Assembly: GCA_030267125.1 (NCBI GenBank)
Contig: JAJDJJ010000001.1
Coordinates: 78,027-142,026, forward strand
Direction: 5' to 3'
Length of the DNA: 64,000 bases
Source of the DNA: Bacteroidales bacterium OttesenSCG-928-B11
GTDB lineage: Bacteria > Bacteroidota > Bacteroidia > Bacteroidales > WCHB1-69
Positions 26,654-37,300 of this stretch are shown piece after piece. A program made the translations under genes and the position numbers. The first letter of the stretch is position 1, and every line of letters begins with the position of its first letter. The notes under the pieces are model-generated. The model was not told the DNA's origin, ran no database searches, and saw nothing but the letters and a program-made list of their open reading frames with translations.

Positions 26654-28597
26654 ATGACCGGGATGAATTCAGAAAAAAGGACACAATTGTTGATGGACCT
26701 TATCAAAGGCCAAAAAATTGAAAACGCTGAAGCCAAAAAAGAGCTGGGCGTAATTAGGCGGGAAATTATTGATACCCCGATCATCTATGTGGGAGCGGGT
26801 ACTTGCGGATTGGGCGCCGGAGCAGGCGAAACGATCACCGCTATCAGACAATATATAGAAAATAACAAAATAGCAGCCGATGTGATGGAGGTGGGTTGTA
26901 TTGGTTTATGTACAGCCGAACCCATCGTTGATGTGCAGCTTCCGGGTAAAAATAGAGTCTCTTTCAAGAAAGTAACGTACGATAAGGTGAACGATGTCTT
27001 GGATGCCGCTTTCGCTAAAAAACCGGAAACCCAAGAAAACCTTGGCCAACTTGATGTGGAAGGTAGCGAGAAATGGGATACCCTGCCCAATTTCAACGAC
27101 CATCCGTTCTTCGCGCGCCAACGCCGGATTGTTCTCAAAAGCTGCGGGTTGATTAATCCCGAAAGCATCGACGAATATATCGCTTTCGGTGGTTACGCTA
27201 CGATGCTGAAAATGATAACTAATCATTCGGACTTCGAAGTTTGCGACCTTATCGAGAAGAGCGGATTGCGCGGCCGTGGCGGCGGTGGTTTCCCCACCGG
27301 AAGGAAGTGGAAGTTTGCGCAAAAAGAACAAAATGATCAAAAATATATTATATGTAACGCCGACGAGGGTGACCCAGGGGCATTCATGGATCGTGCCGTT
27401 ATCGAAGGCGACCCGCACCGTCTCCTCGAAGGTATGGCGATCGGCGCTTATGCAATCGGCGCTTCCGTGGGGTATATTTATATCCGCGCGGAATATCCGT
27501 TGGCTATTAAACGCTTGCAAATTGCTATCAAACAAGCGAAAGAGTATGGCCTGCTGGGTGAAAACATATTTGGAACCGGTTTTAGTTTCGAACTGAAAAT
27601 CAAGATGGGGGCAGGTGCATTCGTTTGCGGAGAAGAGACCGCTTTGATCCACAGTATTGAAGGAAAACGCGGTATGCCGCGCCCTCGCCCGCCATTCCCG
27701 GCAGTGAGCGGATTGTTCGGCAAGCCTACCGTGATTAATAATGTGGAAACTTTTGCCAACGTGGCCGAAATCTTAACCAAAGGTTGGGAGTGGTTCGCAT
27801 CTGTGGGAACTGCAACCAGTAAAGGTACCAAAGTGTTCGCCTTGTCAGGGAAGATTAAAAATACCGGATTGGTTGAGATCCCCATGGGAACTACTATCCG
27901 CCAAATCATATTTGACATTGCCGATGGTATTGCTAACGGTAAAAAATTTAAAGCCGTACAGATAGGTGGGCCGTCAGGAGGTTGCGTTACTGAACAAAAT
28001 CTGGATATTCAAATCGACTACGAAACGCTCTTGACTGTGGGCGCGATGATGGGCTCCGGCGGATTGGTGGTGATGGACGAAGATAACTGTATGGTAGATG
28101 TGGCTAAGTTCTTTATGGACTTCATCCAGCGCGAAAGTTGCGGGAAATGTATCCCCTGCCGCGAAGGAACACGCCGTATGTTGGAAATCCTCGAAAGTAT
28201 CACCACAAAACCGATCCATAACGGACCGAACTCCGCATTGGAAAGAATGAAAGGAGTTATGCAACTGGAAAAATTAGCGACCGTGATCAAAGAAACGTCA
28301 TTGTGCGCTTTGGGGCAGTCAGCTCCGAATCCGGTACTTAGCACCTTGAAATGGTTCAGGAACGAGTACGAAGAACATATTTTCGAAAGAAACTGCCCGA
28401 CCAAGACATGCACGGAATTGAGAAAATTCAAAATTCATGCCGACTTGTGTACCGGTTGTACGCTTTGCGCGAGAAAATGCCCTACCGGTGCGATTATTGG
28501 ATCTAAGAAAGCGCCGCACTTCATCATCGATGACAAATGTATTGGCTGTGGCTCTTGCAAAGAGTCATGTAATTTTAACGCAATTGAAATGATTTAA
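26654..28597 (+). CDS. hydB: [FeFe]-hydrogenase NuoF-like flavoprotein subunit (NAD(P)H/FMN, Fe-S)
   Basis: GLRGRGGGGFPTGRKW FMN/NADH block. ESCGKCIPCREG [4Fe-4S]. N-terminal thioredoxin-like 2Fe-2S domain. C-terminal CTGCTLCARKCP and CIGCGSCKESC. Confidence 0.9.
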   Translation: MTGMNSEKRTQLLMDLIKGQKIENAEAKKELGVIRREIIDTPIIYVGAGTCGLGAGAGETITAIRQYIENNKIAADVMEVGCIGLCTAEPIVDVQLPGKNRVSFKKVTYDKVNDVLDAAFAKKPETQENLGQLDVEGSEKWDTLPNFNDHPFFARQRRIVLKSCGLINPESIDEYIAFGGYATMLKMITNHSDFEVCDLIEKSGLRGRGGGGFPTGRKWKFAQKEQNDQKYIICNADEGDPGAFMDRAVIEGDPHRLLEGMAIGAYAIGASVGYIYIRAEYPLAIKRLQIAIKQAKEYGLLGENIFGTGFSFELKIKMGAGAFVCGEETALIHSIEGKRGMPRPRPPFPAVSGLFGKPTVINNVETFANVAEILTKGWEWFASVGTATSKGTKVFALSGKIKNTGLVEIPMGTTIRQIIFDIADGIANGKKFKAVQIGGPSGGCVTEQNLDIQIDYETLLTVGAMMGSGGLVVMDEDNCMVDVAKFFMDFIQRESCGKCIPCREGTRRMLEILESITTKPIHNGPNSALERMKGVMQLEKLATVIKETSLCALGQSAPNPVLSTLKWFRNEYEEHIFERNCPTKTCTELRKFKIHADLCTGCTLCARKCPTGAIIGSKKAPHFIIDDKCIGCGSCKESCNFNAIEMI

Positions 28598-28610
28598 AAA
28601 AAACAGAGTT

Positions 28611-30338
28611 ATGAGTATGCAAATTGAAGTTAATGGTAATAAAATAGAGGCCTTTGAAGGCGAAACCATATTAAGTGCGTTGAATAGGAACGGAATCAAA
28701 ATACCGACCCTATGCCACATGAAAAAATTTATCCCTTCCGGTGCGTGTCGTATCTGTGTCGTGGAAGTTATAGGAAGTCCTAAGTTAGTTACAGCTTGTT
28801 CTTTCCCCGTTGCCGACGGGATGAAAATTCTCACGCATTCGCTGAAAGTTACTGAAGCGCGTAAGACGATTATCGAACTGTTGCTTTCAAACCATCCCGA
28901 CGATTGTTTGTACTGTTTGCGCAATGGGAACTGCGAATTGCAGAGTCTTTCGAAAGAGTACCACGTGGTGGAAAGAAGAATCCGCGGCAAAAAGAATAGT
29001 TTTAAATTAGACCATTCCGGTCCGAGTATCGTGCGCGACCCCGAGAAATGTATCCTTTGCGGTCGCTGTGTGCGCGTATGCGAAGAGGTGATGGGTGTGG
29101 CTTGTATCGATTACATCAACAGAGGAAGCCAAACATTTATCGGCACAACTTTGAAAAAACCGTTGAATACCTCCAGCTGCATAAATTGCGGACAGTGTAT
29201 CATGGTTTGTCCTACCGGAGCTTTGACCGAGAAAAACAATGTAGCCTTGATGCAAGAAGCTTTGCATCGCAAAGATAAAAAAGTGGTTGTGCAATATGCT
29301 CCCGCTATTACGGTTTCCATTGCTGAGGCATTTGGCTTGGAACCTGGTACGGATTTGAACGGCGTGTTGAATGCCGCTCTCCGGAAAATGGGCTTTAATT
29401 ATGTGTTTGACACTACGTTCAGCGCCGACTTAACCATTATGGAAGAGGCGTCAGAGTTGATTCATCGAGTGGTAAACGGAGGCAAACTGCCGATGTTCAC
29501 CAGCTGTTGCCCGGGGTGGATTAAATATGCGGAGGAGTTTGCGCCGGATATGTTGGCTAATTTGTCCTCTTGTAAATCGCCGCAACAGATGTTGGGCGCG
29601 GTAATCAAGAGTTATTTCGCTGAACAGGTGAATTTGAAACCGGAAGAGATAACCTCCGTGTCCATCATGCCTTGCACTGCGAAGAAATTTGAGGCTGAAC
29701 GCGCAACGATGGGGCGCGACGGTGTCCCCGATGTAGATATCGTGCTGACTACCCGTGAATTGATCGAAATGATCAAGTTGTACGGTATCGATCTGAAAAA
29801 CATCGAACCCGAAATCACAGACTCGCCGCTTGGCGTTAGAAGCTCTGCGGGTAAAATTTTTGGCGCTAGTGGCGGTGTAATGGAAGCGGCGATCAGAACG
29901 GCGTATAAGATGATTACCGGTGAAGAACTCGCCAATTTTAGAGTGTGCGCGGTCAGAGGCTTTGACGGACACAAAGAGGCGAAAATCAAAATCAACGAAA
30001 ACTTGGAGATCGGTGTGGCGGTTGTTAGCGGATTGGCTAATGCGGCTACTTTAATTGAGGAGATCCGTAATGGACGTGACGACATCCACTTCATAGAGGT
30101 GATGACTTGCCCCGGCGGTTGTATTGCGGGCGGTGGACAGATCATCGGCGTGAACGAATCTTTCATTGCTGCGCGTATGAAGTCGCTCTATGACATCGAT
30201 GAAAGAGAAACTATCAAAGTGTCTCATAAAAATCCGGAAGTTATCGAGTTGTATGATAAATATTTGGGTAAGCCGCTTGGACACAAGAGCCACGACTTGC
30301 TTCACACTTCTTACGAAAAAAGAGATGTATTATTGTAA
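28611..30338 (+). CDS. hydA: catalytic [FeFe]-hydrogenase large subunit (group A, multimeric type)
   Basis: All three H-cluster signatures are present: FTSCCPGW (nt 29496-29519), MPCTAKKFE, EVMTCPGGCIAGGGQ. N-terminal 2Fe-2S and three 4Fe-4S motifs. Confidence 0.95.
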   Translation: MSMQIEVNGNKIEAFEGETILSALNRNGIKIPTLCHMKKFIPSGACRICVVEVIGSPKLVTACSFPVADGMKILTHSLKVTEARKTIIELLLSNHPDDCLYCLRNGNCELQSLSKEYHVVERRIRGKKNSFKLDHSGPSIVRDPEKCILCGRCVRVCEEVMGVACIDYINRGSQTFIGTTLKKPLNTSSCINCGQCIMVCPTGALTEKNNVALMQEALHRKDKKVVVQYAPAITVSIAEAFGLEPGTDLNGVLNAALRKMGFNYVFDTTFSADLTIMEEASELIHRVVNGGKLPMFTSCCPGWIKYAEEFAPDMLANLSSCKSPQQMLGAVIKSYFAEQVNLKPEEITSVSIMPCTAKKFEAERATMGRDGVPDVDIVLTTRELIEMIKLYGIDLKNIEPEITDSPLGVRSSAGKIFGASGGVMEAAIRTAYKMITGEELANFRVCAVRGFDGHKEAKIKINENLEIGVAVVSGLANAATLIEEIRNGRDDIHFIEVMTCPGGCIAGGGQIIGVNESFIAARMKSLYDIDERETIKVSHKNPEVIELYDKYLGKPLGHKSHDLLHTSYEKRDVLL

Positions 30339-30341
30339 ACA

Positions 30342-32333
30342 ATGACTTCGATGGCACGCTTAAATAACGAGCTTGTTTTTACTGTCAAAGACAGGTGTAA
30401 GGTTTGTTATACCTGTGTGAGAGGATGCCCTGTCAAGGCCATTAAGATTGTTAATGGCCAGGCAGAGGTGATCTCAAGCCGTTGTATAGGTTGTGGAAAT
30501 TGTACCCGAGTATGCAGTCAAAATGCTAAGAAATTCCTTGATAATACCGAAGATGCCATGGAGCTGCTGGATATGAAAGGAGTCAAAGTAGCATGCCTTG
30601 CACCAAGCTATGTCGCAGAGTTCGTAGATATAGTAGACTACAAGGTGCTGGTCGGGATGATCAAAAAGCTGGGCTTTGATTATGTGACGGAAGTCTCTTT
30701 CGGAGCGGATCTTATTGCCAATGAGTATAATAAGATGTACGAAGATGAAGACTGTCCAGCCTCTATTTCCACCGATTGCCCCGCAATCGTCTATTATGTT
30801 AAACATTATGTTCCGGAGTTGACCAACATGTTGGCTCCCATTGTTTCACCAATGGTTGCTTCTGTGCGTGTTGCAAAAAAGCTCTATGGTGATGGCATCA
30901 AAACGGTGTTTATCGGACCATGCGTGGCAAAAAAAGCGGAGTCTACCGAAGTTGATATTGTACTCACTTTTAAAGAACTGCGTAAGTTATTCAGAGTTAA
31001 TAATATCGCTTTGCATAATAGCACACCTTCGGGGTTTGACGGGCCAGAGGGCAACAAGGCGGCACTATTCCCTGTTACAAGAGGGAAATTGCATGCTGTC
31101 AATAAATTGGATGATATCGGAGAAGATAACATCCTTGTTGCCTCGGGTAAAGGGAACTTTCGAGAAGCGATAAAGGAGTTTGATGCGGGGTTGGATCGTT
31201 CGCAACATTTGGAACTGCTTTGCTGCAACGGTTGCATTATGGGGCCGGGAATGACGCAAGGCGCGCATTATTATGCCAAAGTCTCACACATGAAAGAGTT
31301 TGTATCCAATAAGATCAAAACGATGGATCAAGAGAAATGGCAAAAATATTTCGACCAATTCAAGAATGAAGACTACTCCCAATCATTTTATCCCGCAGAT
31401 CGTCGTATTCCCAATCCGTCTAACGAAGAGATCGAAAATGTGTTGATATCCATGGGGAAGGCCAATCCAAAAGAACACCTCAATTGTGGCGCTTGCGGAT
31501 ATGAAACTTGTATTGACCATGCCATCGCCATTGTGGAAGGTTTGGCGGAAACGGAGATGTGTCTGCCGTTTACTATCGAAAAATTGCACAAATTAGTGGC
31601 GGAATTGAACCTCTCCAATGAAAAATTGGCGTCGACTCAACAATCGCTCCGACAGAGTGAGAAATTAGCGTCAATGGGGCAGCTCTCCGCAGGTATTGCG
31701 CATGAACTGAATAACCCATTGGGAATCATTACTATGTATAGTAATATTTTGTTGGAAGAACTGCCGGAAGGAAATTCACAGCGCAATGATTTGCAGTTGA
31801 TTGTAGAGCAGGCCGAGCGTTGTCGGAAAATCGTTGGCGGTTTGTTGAACTTTGCGCGCAAGAATCAGGTTCATTACCAAGAGACCGATATTGATGCTTT
31901 CGTTCTGCGAAGTATCGAGTCGGTGATTGTGCCGGACTTGGTTAACGTGGAATTGCAATCTAACTTGACAGATAAGTTGGTGGAGATCGATACGGATCAG
32001 TTTATGCAGGTTCTTACTAATATTGAAAAAAATGCCATTGAAGCTATACCGGAAACGGGCGGAACTCTATCTATCACCATTAATGGGGATGAAAAAGAGG
32101 TGGAATTCCTTATTTCGGATACCGGCGCGGGAATTTCGGAAGAGAATATGGATAAGATATTCACACCGTTTTTCACGACTAAGCCAGTGGGACAAGGCAC
32201 GGGATTAGGACTGCCGCTCATCTATGGAATAGTGAAAATGCACAAGGGACAAATTCAGGTCACTTCAAATAATAATCCTGAAAAAGGTCCGACAGGAACA
32301 ACATTTAAAATTAAAATACCAAGAAGAAAATAA
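30342..32333 (+). CDS. hydrogenase-like (H-domain) sensor fused to a histidine kinase
   Basis: Two ferredoxin 4Fe-4S motifs. Degenerate H-cluster motifs STDCP / GPCVAKKAE / LLCCNGCIMGPGM. CGACGYETC Fe-S motif. H-box AHELNNP (His454). N-box NIEKNAIEA, DTGAGI, GTGLGL. Confidence 0.85.
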   Translation: MTSMARLNNELVFTVKDRCKVCYTCVRGCPVKAIKIVNGQAEVISSRCIGCGNCTRVCSQNAKKFLDNTEDAMELLDMKGVKVACLAPSYVAEFVDIVDYKVLVGMIKKLGFDYVTEVSFGADLIANEYNKMYEDEDCPASISTDCPAIVYYVKHYVPELTNMLAPIVSPMVASVRVAKKLYGDGIKTVFIGPCVAKKAESTEVDIVLTFKELRKLFRVNNIALHNSTPSGFDGPEGNKAALFPVTRGKLHAVNKLDDIGEDNILVASGKGNFREAIKEFDAGLDRSQHLELLCCNGCIMGPGMTQGAHYYAKVSHMKEFVSNKIKTMDQEKWQKYFDQFKNEDYSQSFYPADRRIPNPSNEEIENVLISMGKANPKEHLNCGACGYETCIDHAIAIVEGLAETEMCLPFTIEKLHKLVAELNLSNEKLASTQQSLRQSEKLASMGQLSAGIAHELNNPLGIITMYSNILLEELPEGNSQRNDLQLIVEQAERCRKIVGGLLNFARKNQVHYQETDIDAFVLRSIESVIVPDLVNVELQSNLTDKLVEIDTDQFMQVLTNIEKNAIEAIPETGGTLSITINGDEKEVEFLISDTGAGISEENMDKIFTPFFTTKPVGQGTGLGLPLIYGIVKMHKGQIQVTSNNNPEKGPTGTTFKIKIPRRK

Positions 32334-32343
32334 GAAAAAAATT

Positions 32344-32751
32344 ATGGAACAATTCAAAAACATGACAGCGCTAATCGCTGACGATGATGTGGATATGACC
32401 ACACAATTGTCACTTCAACTTCAAAAAATGGGTTTCAAAGTATTGATTGCCGAATCGCAAAAAGAGACGGAAGAGATTATGGAAGCCACCAAACCGGACA
32501 TCGCCATCTTTGATTTGATGATGGACAATAAGGACAGCGGGTTTATCCTCAGTTATAAAATGAAGAAGAAATATCCCGATGTGCCGGTGATTATCCTTTC
32601 TGCTGTTACTTCCGATACCGGGATGATGTTTGGTGTGAATACCGATGAGGAAAAGGCTTGGATTAAAGCCGATTGCTATTTGGAAAAAGGCTTGCGAACC
32701 GAACAGCTCGAAAAGGAAATATTCCAATTGTTAAACAAAGAACATAATTAG
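32344..32751 (+). CDS. stand-alone response-regulator receiver protein
   Basis: DDD (13-15), D57 (AIFDLMM), S86, K115. 135 aa with no output domain. Confidence 0.85.
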   Translation: MEQFKNMTALIADDDVDMTTQLSLQLQKMGFKVLIAESQKETEEIMEATKPDIAIFDLMMDNKDSGFILSYKMKKKYPDVPVIILSAVTSDTGMMFGVNTDEEKAWIKADCYLEKGLRTEQLEKEIFQLLNKEHN

Positions 32752-32753
32752 TC

Positions 32754-33896
32754 ATGGCTACGTTGAATGTACTCATCGTTGACGATGAACCGGGCATTAG
32801 ATCGGGAATCACCCGTATTTTACGAGATTTTTCCGTTGATTTTCCGTTCTTGAATGAAGAGTTCGACTTCAATCTCATTGAGGTTGAAACGGGTGAATCG
32901 GCGGTCGAGCATCTGGATGCGGGAGAGGTAGATATTGTCCTGCTGGATAACAAACTGCCCGGAATTGACGGCATAGAAGTGTTGGAGTACATTAACGACA
33001 AAGAATTTGACTGTAGTGTAATGATGATTACGTCGTACGCGTCGTTGGATCTGGCGATCAAAGCTACGAACAACGGCGCGTATAATTTTGTGCCCAAGCC
33101 GTTCACTCCGACAGAGCTAAAAACTTCCATGGAAGGGATTACCAAGAATCTTTACCTGAGAAGGATGACCAAGAAGATGAACACGGAGGGCAAACAGATT
33201 CGTTTCCAATTCCTCTCCGTCCTCTCCCATGAGCTCAAATCTCCGCTTAATGCCATTGAGGGTTATCTCAATATTATTAAGGAGAGACAGTTGGGTGATA
33301 ATGTCACAGATTATGAGATGATGATCGATCGATCGTTGGAACGAATTAAAGGGATGCGCTCTCTCATTATGGATATGCTCGACCTTACCCGTCTTGAATC
33401 CAGTGCCAAAAAACGCGATGTGCAGAAAGTGGATTTAGTTGAAATCATGCGCCTCTCCAAGGATACGATGAGTCCATTAGCTATCCAGAAAAATATCAAA
33501 ATTAATATAGACGTACAACCTGACCATATCTTTTATATGGCCGATCGCCAAGAGATTGAAATTATATTTAATAACCTTGTGTCTAACGCTGTTAAGTATA
33601 ATAAAGACAACGGTGAGGTCAGCTGTGTGCTTCGCGAAGAGGGAGATCGCATCCGCATCTCTGTCAGTGATACCGGCATCGGTATCTCCGAAGAAGATAT
33701 ACCCAAACTCTTCCAGGATTTTGTCCGAATCAAGAACGAAAAAACCAAAACCATCAGCGGTAGCGGATTGGGTCTTTCAATCATGAAGAAAATCGCAGAA
33801 GAGGTTTACCACGGGACAGTTTCCGTTGAAAGTCAGCCGGATATGGGGTCGACCTTTACCGTGACCTTGCCGCGAACACCAACGATGGGGCGATAG
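32754..33896 (+). CDS. hybrid receiver-histidine kinase (REC-HisKA-HATPase_c)
   Basis: N-terminal REC (LIVDDEPG...IVLLDNKLPGIDG). H-box LSHELKSPLNAI. N-box NLVSNAVKYN, DTGIGI, GSGLGLSI. Confidence 0.85.
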   Translation: MATLNVLIVDDEPGIRSGITRILRDFSVDFPFLNEEFDFNLIEVETGESAVEHLDAGEVDIVLLDNKLPGIDGIEVLEYINDKEFDCSVMMITSYASLDLAIKATNNGAYNFVPKPFTPTELKTSMEGITKNLYLRRMTKKMNTEGKQIRFQFLSVLSHELKSPLNAIEGYLNIIKERQLGDNVTDYEMMIDRSLERIKGMRSLIMDMLDLTRLESSAKKRDVQKVDLVEIMRLSKDTMSPLAIQKNIKINIDVQPDHIFYMADRQEIEIIFNNLVSNAVKYNKDNGEVSCVLREEGDRIRISVSDTGIGISEEDIPKLFQDFVRIKNEKTKTISGSGLGLSIMKKIAEEVYHGTVSVESQPDMGSTFTVTLPRTPTMGR

Positions 33897-33964
33897 GTGA
33901 TGAATTAAATTCCACTTAACAGAGCAATAATGTGCACACTTTTTTGGAATGTTTACCGCATAAG

Positions 33965-33994
33965 AAAAAAGCTCCGATTTTTCGGAGCTTTTTT
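33965..33994. terminator. bidirectional terminator between the hybrid kinase gene (+) and the tRNA-Gly/Leu unit (-)
   Basis: aaaaaa-GCTCCGA-tttt-TCGGAGC-tttttt. Confidence 0.85.
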
Positions 33995-33995
33995 G

Positions 33996-34068
<73 letters not shown>

Positions 34069-34078
34069 CTATTTGTTG

Positions 34079-34163
34079 TACCTCGGGCGGGACTTGAACC
34101 CGCACGAACGCAATGTTCACGGGATTTTAAGTCCCGCGTGTCTACCAATTCCACCACCAAGGC
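34079..34163 (-). tRNA. tRNA-Leu (anticodon TAA), long variable arm
   Basis: The reverse complement is GCCTTGGTGGTGGAATTGGTAGACACGCGGGACTTAAAATCCCG...GCGGGTTCAAGTCCCGCCCGAGGTA. 85 nt. The end coordinates may be off by 1 nt. Confidence 0.85.
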
Positions 34164-34195
34164 GACTATCAAAGAACATTGCTTGTTTGAGGCTG

Positions 34196-34203
34196 CAAAA
34201 ATA
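34196..34203 (-). promoter_or_regulatory. -7 box upstream of the tRNA-Leu/tRNA-Gly unit
   Basis: Minus strand reads TATTTTTG, 33 nt upstream of the tRNA-Leu 5' end. Confidence 0.5.
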
Positions 34204-34313
34204 CACTATTTTTCCAAACGTGCAACAAGAAAGAACATTTTTTTCATAAAAAAATGCTTGCCTCTTTTTTCTTATCTTTAACCTCATAAAAAAATAAAAT
34301 AAACTCATTCAAA

Positions 34314-37300
34314 ATGAAACGATTAACTGTGTTTGCATTGCTATGCTTTCCGATATTTCTTTTTTCACAACAATCGGCAAAGGAGATGAAAACGGTTCTA
34401 TTGCATATTCAAGAACTGAAAATAACAACGGATGATTATTTTGATTCCACATATCATATTTTAAACCAGCAGATCGAGAATAATGAGGGTGTTGCGATGG
34501 CATTGTGGGAGAGTATGTTGGGAAAATTTTTGTTTGAATACTATAATGTTAACCGTTATCAAATTGGGCAACGTACTTCGATTGTAGGGGAGCTGCCGGA
34601 AGATTTTAAAACATGGGACGAAGAAACATTGAAATCACAGATACACAGTTGTTTTGAAAAATCATTGGCGGAAAAAGAGGGGCTAAAAAATACACCCGTG
34701 CTAAATTACGACTCGCTTTTCATTGCCATTTCTAATCCCGATAATGCAAATTTGTATGACTATGTGATGGGGTGTTATATTGACATTTGTGGAGATATCA
34801 TTTCCGTAGGATCTACTGTTCCGGAGATTAGTTTCCGTAAAATACTTATTCCCAATACGGAGTTTGTCAACTTCAATTATCCGGCAATCATTGGAGATGT
34901 GGACATGTTAAAACTGTTGGAATTATATCAGGAATATACCCAATATTGCATGAAACAGAGTAAAGGACGAGTTGTGAAAACAACATTGAAGCGTCTTAGC
35001 ATTGTTAAAAGAATCTCCCATAGTATTTATTTCGACGAATACATGGAGGCGGTATTGGCATTTGAGAAAGAGCAGCAGGGAAAGGAAGATTATGACAGGT
35101 TATGCTTTGAGATTGGAAATATGTACTATGATATTGCCGAATTTGGTTTTATGACGAAAGAACGTAATGCGGAAAATTGTGCTCTTGCCATCTCATGGAT
35201 GGAAAAAGTCATTGCAAACAGTTCCGATACGACATTAATTAAGACAGCGAAAAATAAGATCGATTTTATAAAAGAAAAAGATATAACGTTAAATATAGAA
35301 TCGTATCACCCTTCCAACCAGCCAATAATAGCCTCTTTAGAATATAAAAATAGTGATACGGCGACAATCCTTATTTATGATCTCCAATCAGAGGGATTTC
35401 CGGAAACTGATAGGCGCAATACCGAAGAGTGGGTGAAAAAGTGTTTGAAGTTTAACTATTTCAAGCAAATACAACTCCCGTTGATCACGCCGCATCAATA
35501 TGTATATCACCAGGCGGATCTCATCTTGCCTGCATTGCCATCGGGTGAATATCTAATCCTAGCGTTAAATGAAAGTGTTGATTCCGTTTTAAATCGGGAA
35601 TATTTCTCAGATATTCTGGATATAAAACAAATTGTTGTTTCGGATTTGCAGCTGCTGTTTCGTGAAAATTCGGAAAATTTGCAATTCTTTGTTACCAATC
35701 GTATTACAGGTAATCCTTTGGCAAAGGCCAATATAGAACTCGCATTTTATGAGGGAGATTCACTCTTCCAAAAAACGAATCTTATCACAGATAAAAACGG
35801 AGAGGCAAAGTGTGATATCCAATCCGTTGGGCGTAAGAATTTTTCATATACTATTTTAGTTACGTACAAAAAAGAGACGTTGCAATACAATAATTATGGC
35901 AATCTGAAAATACGACATTGGGAAAGAAACCGGCAACAACAAAGACCGGATATGGTAACGTATCTGGATCGTGCTATTTACCGCCCGGGTGATACCGTGC
36001 AGTTTAAATCTATTTTATGCAAAACGATGGATAGCGAATGTGTTGTTTTATCGGACTCGAGTATTCAGATATCCTGCCGTACTCCCAACTGGAAAATTCT
36101 CGATTCCATGACGCTTAAATTGAATGATTTCGGTTCTGTTTCAGGCTTTTTTATTATTCCAAAGAATGCGGAAACAGGACAGTACTCCATATCTGCTGAA
36201 AACATGGCTTCCGGTTATAAATATTTTCAAGTGGAGGAGTATAAACGGCCGAAATTTAAAATAGGCATAGATAAATCGACAAATTGTTATGAGATAAATG
36301 AACAAATGGAAATTACCGGAAAAGTAGAGGCTTATTCGGGTTATTCGTTAGAAGATATCCAGGTGAAATATCAAATAACAAGTCGGGTATATTTTCAAAC
36401 CCCATTGGGACGATCAGGATCGGGTGGTTATCCGATACAATTTACATATAAAACGGAAACGGGATTGTTAAAAACGGATCAAGATGGCGCATTTTCAATC
36501 AACCTTTTTCCCAATGATTCCATTTTTCCCGAGTTAGTCAAAGAGATAAGATATGGCATTGTCGTTACGGCAACCGATATTACCGGCGAGACACAAGAAA
36601 CGAGTTCTACGCTCAGGGTTGTCAAAAACAAAATCGAGATCATTCCGGATATCCCTGATGAGGTGGCATTAGATCAGAAATTTAGCTATCCTATCCATAC
36701 AACCGCATGTGATGGAATTCAGCAGCCGATTACGTTGAGTTATACGGTTCACCGATTGGAGGCCCCTTTCCAATATTATCATCGTTTCGACCGTTTGGGG
36801 AACTTGTTGAAGCTGGGGGATACCACGCTTTTTGAAAAATATTTTCCGGATTACGATTTGTATGATTATGGAAATCCTGAAAAGTGGAAAGATGCGGGAA
36901 TTGTGACCTCCGGTACACTAAATGCGGGCATTGATAGCTTGCTTACTATTGCCGGTACGAAAAATTGGAAAGAGGGGCATTACATCGTAAAATTTGAACA
37001 TATCAATGTAAATGGCGATACGATCCGGGCAGAAAAGAGCTTTAGAGGAATAAAGAAGGAAGAAAAATCGTGTCATATTTATGAGGCTTTATGGATTAAA
37101 TCAGAACAAGATCACTTGTTTGCCGATGATGTTTTGGAATTTTCCATTGGCTCCTATTGTAAAAATGCGAAAGTGTTACTGGAGGTTGATAATCAGGGTA
37201 AAGTCGTTTTTTCTGAATGGATTACGCTAAATAAGAGTAAGGAACTTATTAAAATACCAATGCTGGGAATGACGCAAGGCGATATATCCATCCAGGCGAC

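Noticed and set aside
26785-30305. Multiple 60-250-aa minus-strand ORFs antisense to hydB/hydA (e.g. 26906-27652, 29451-29972, 29612-30166)
   Set aside because: The sense strand carries unmistakable NuoF and H-cluster motifs. The antisense products are Arg/Ser/Pro-rich, as expected for shadow frames.
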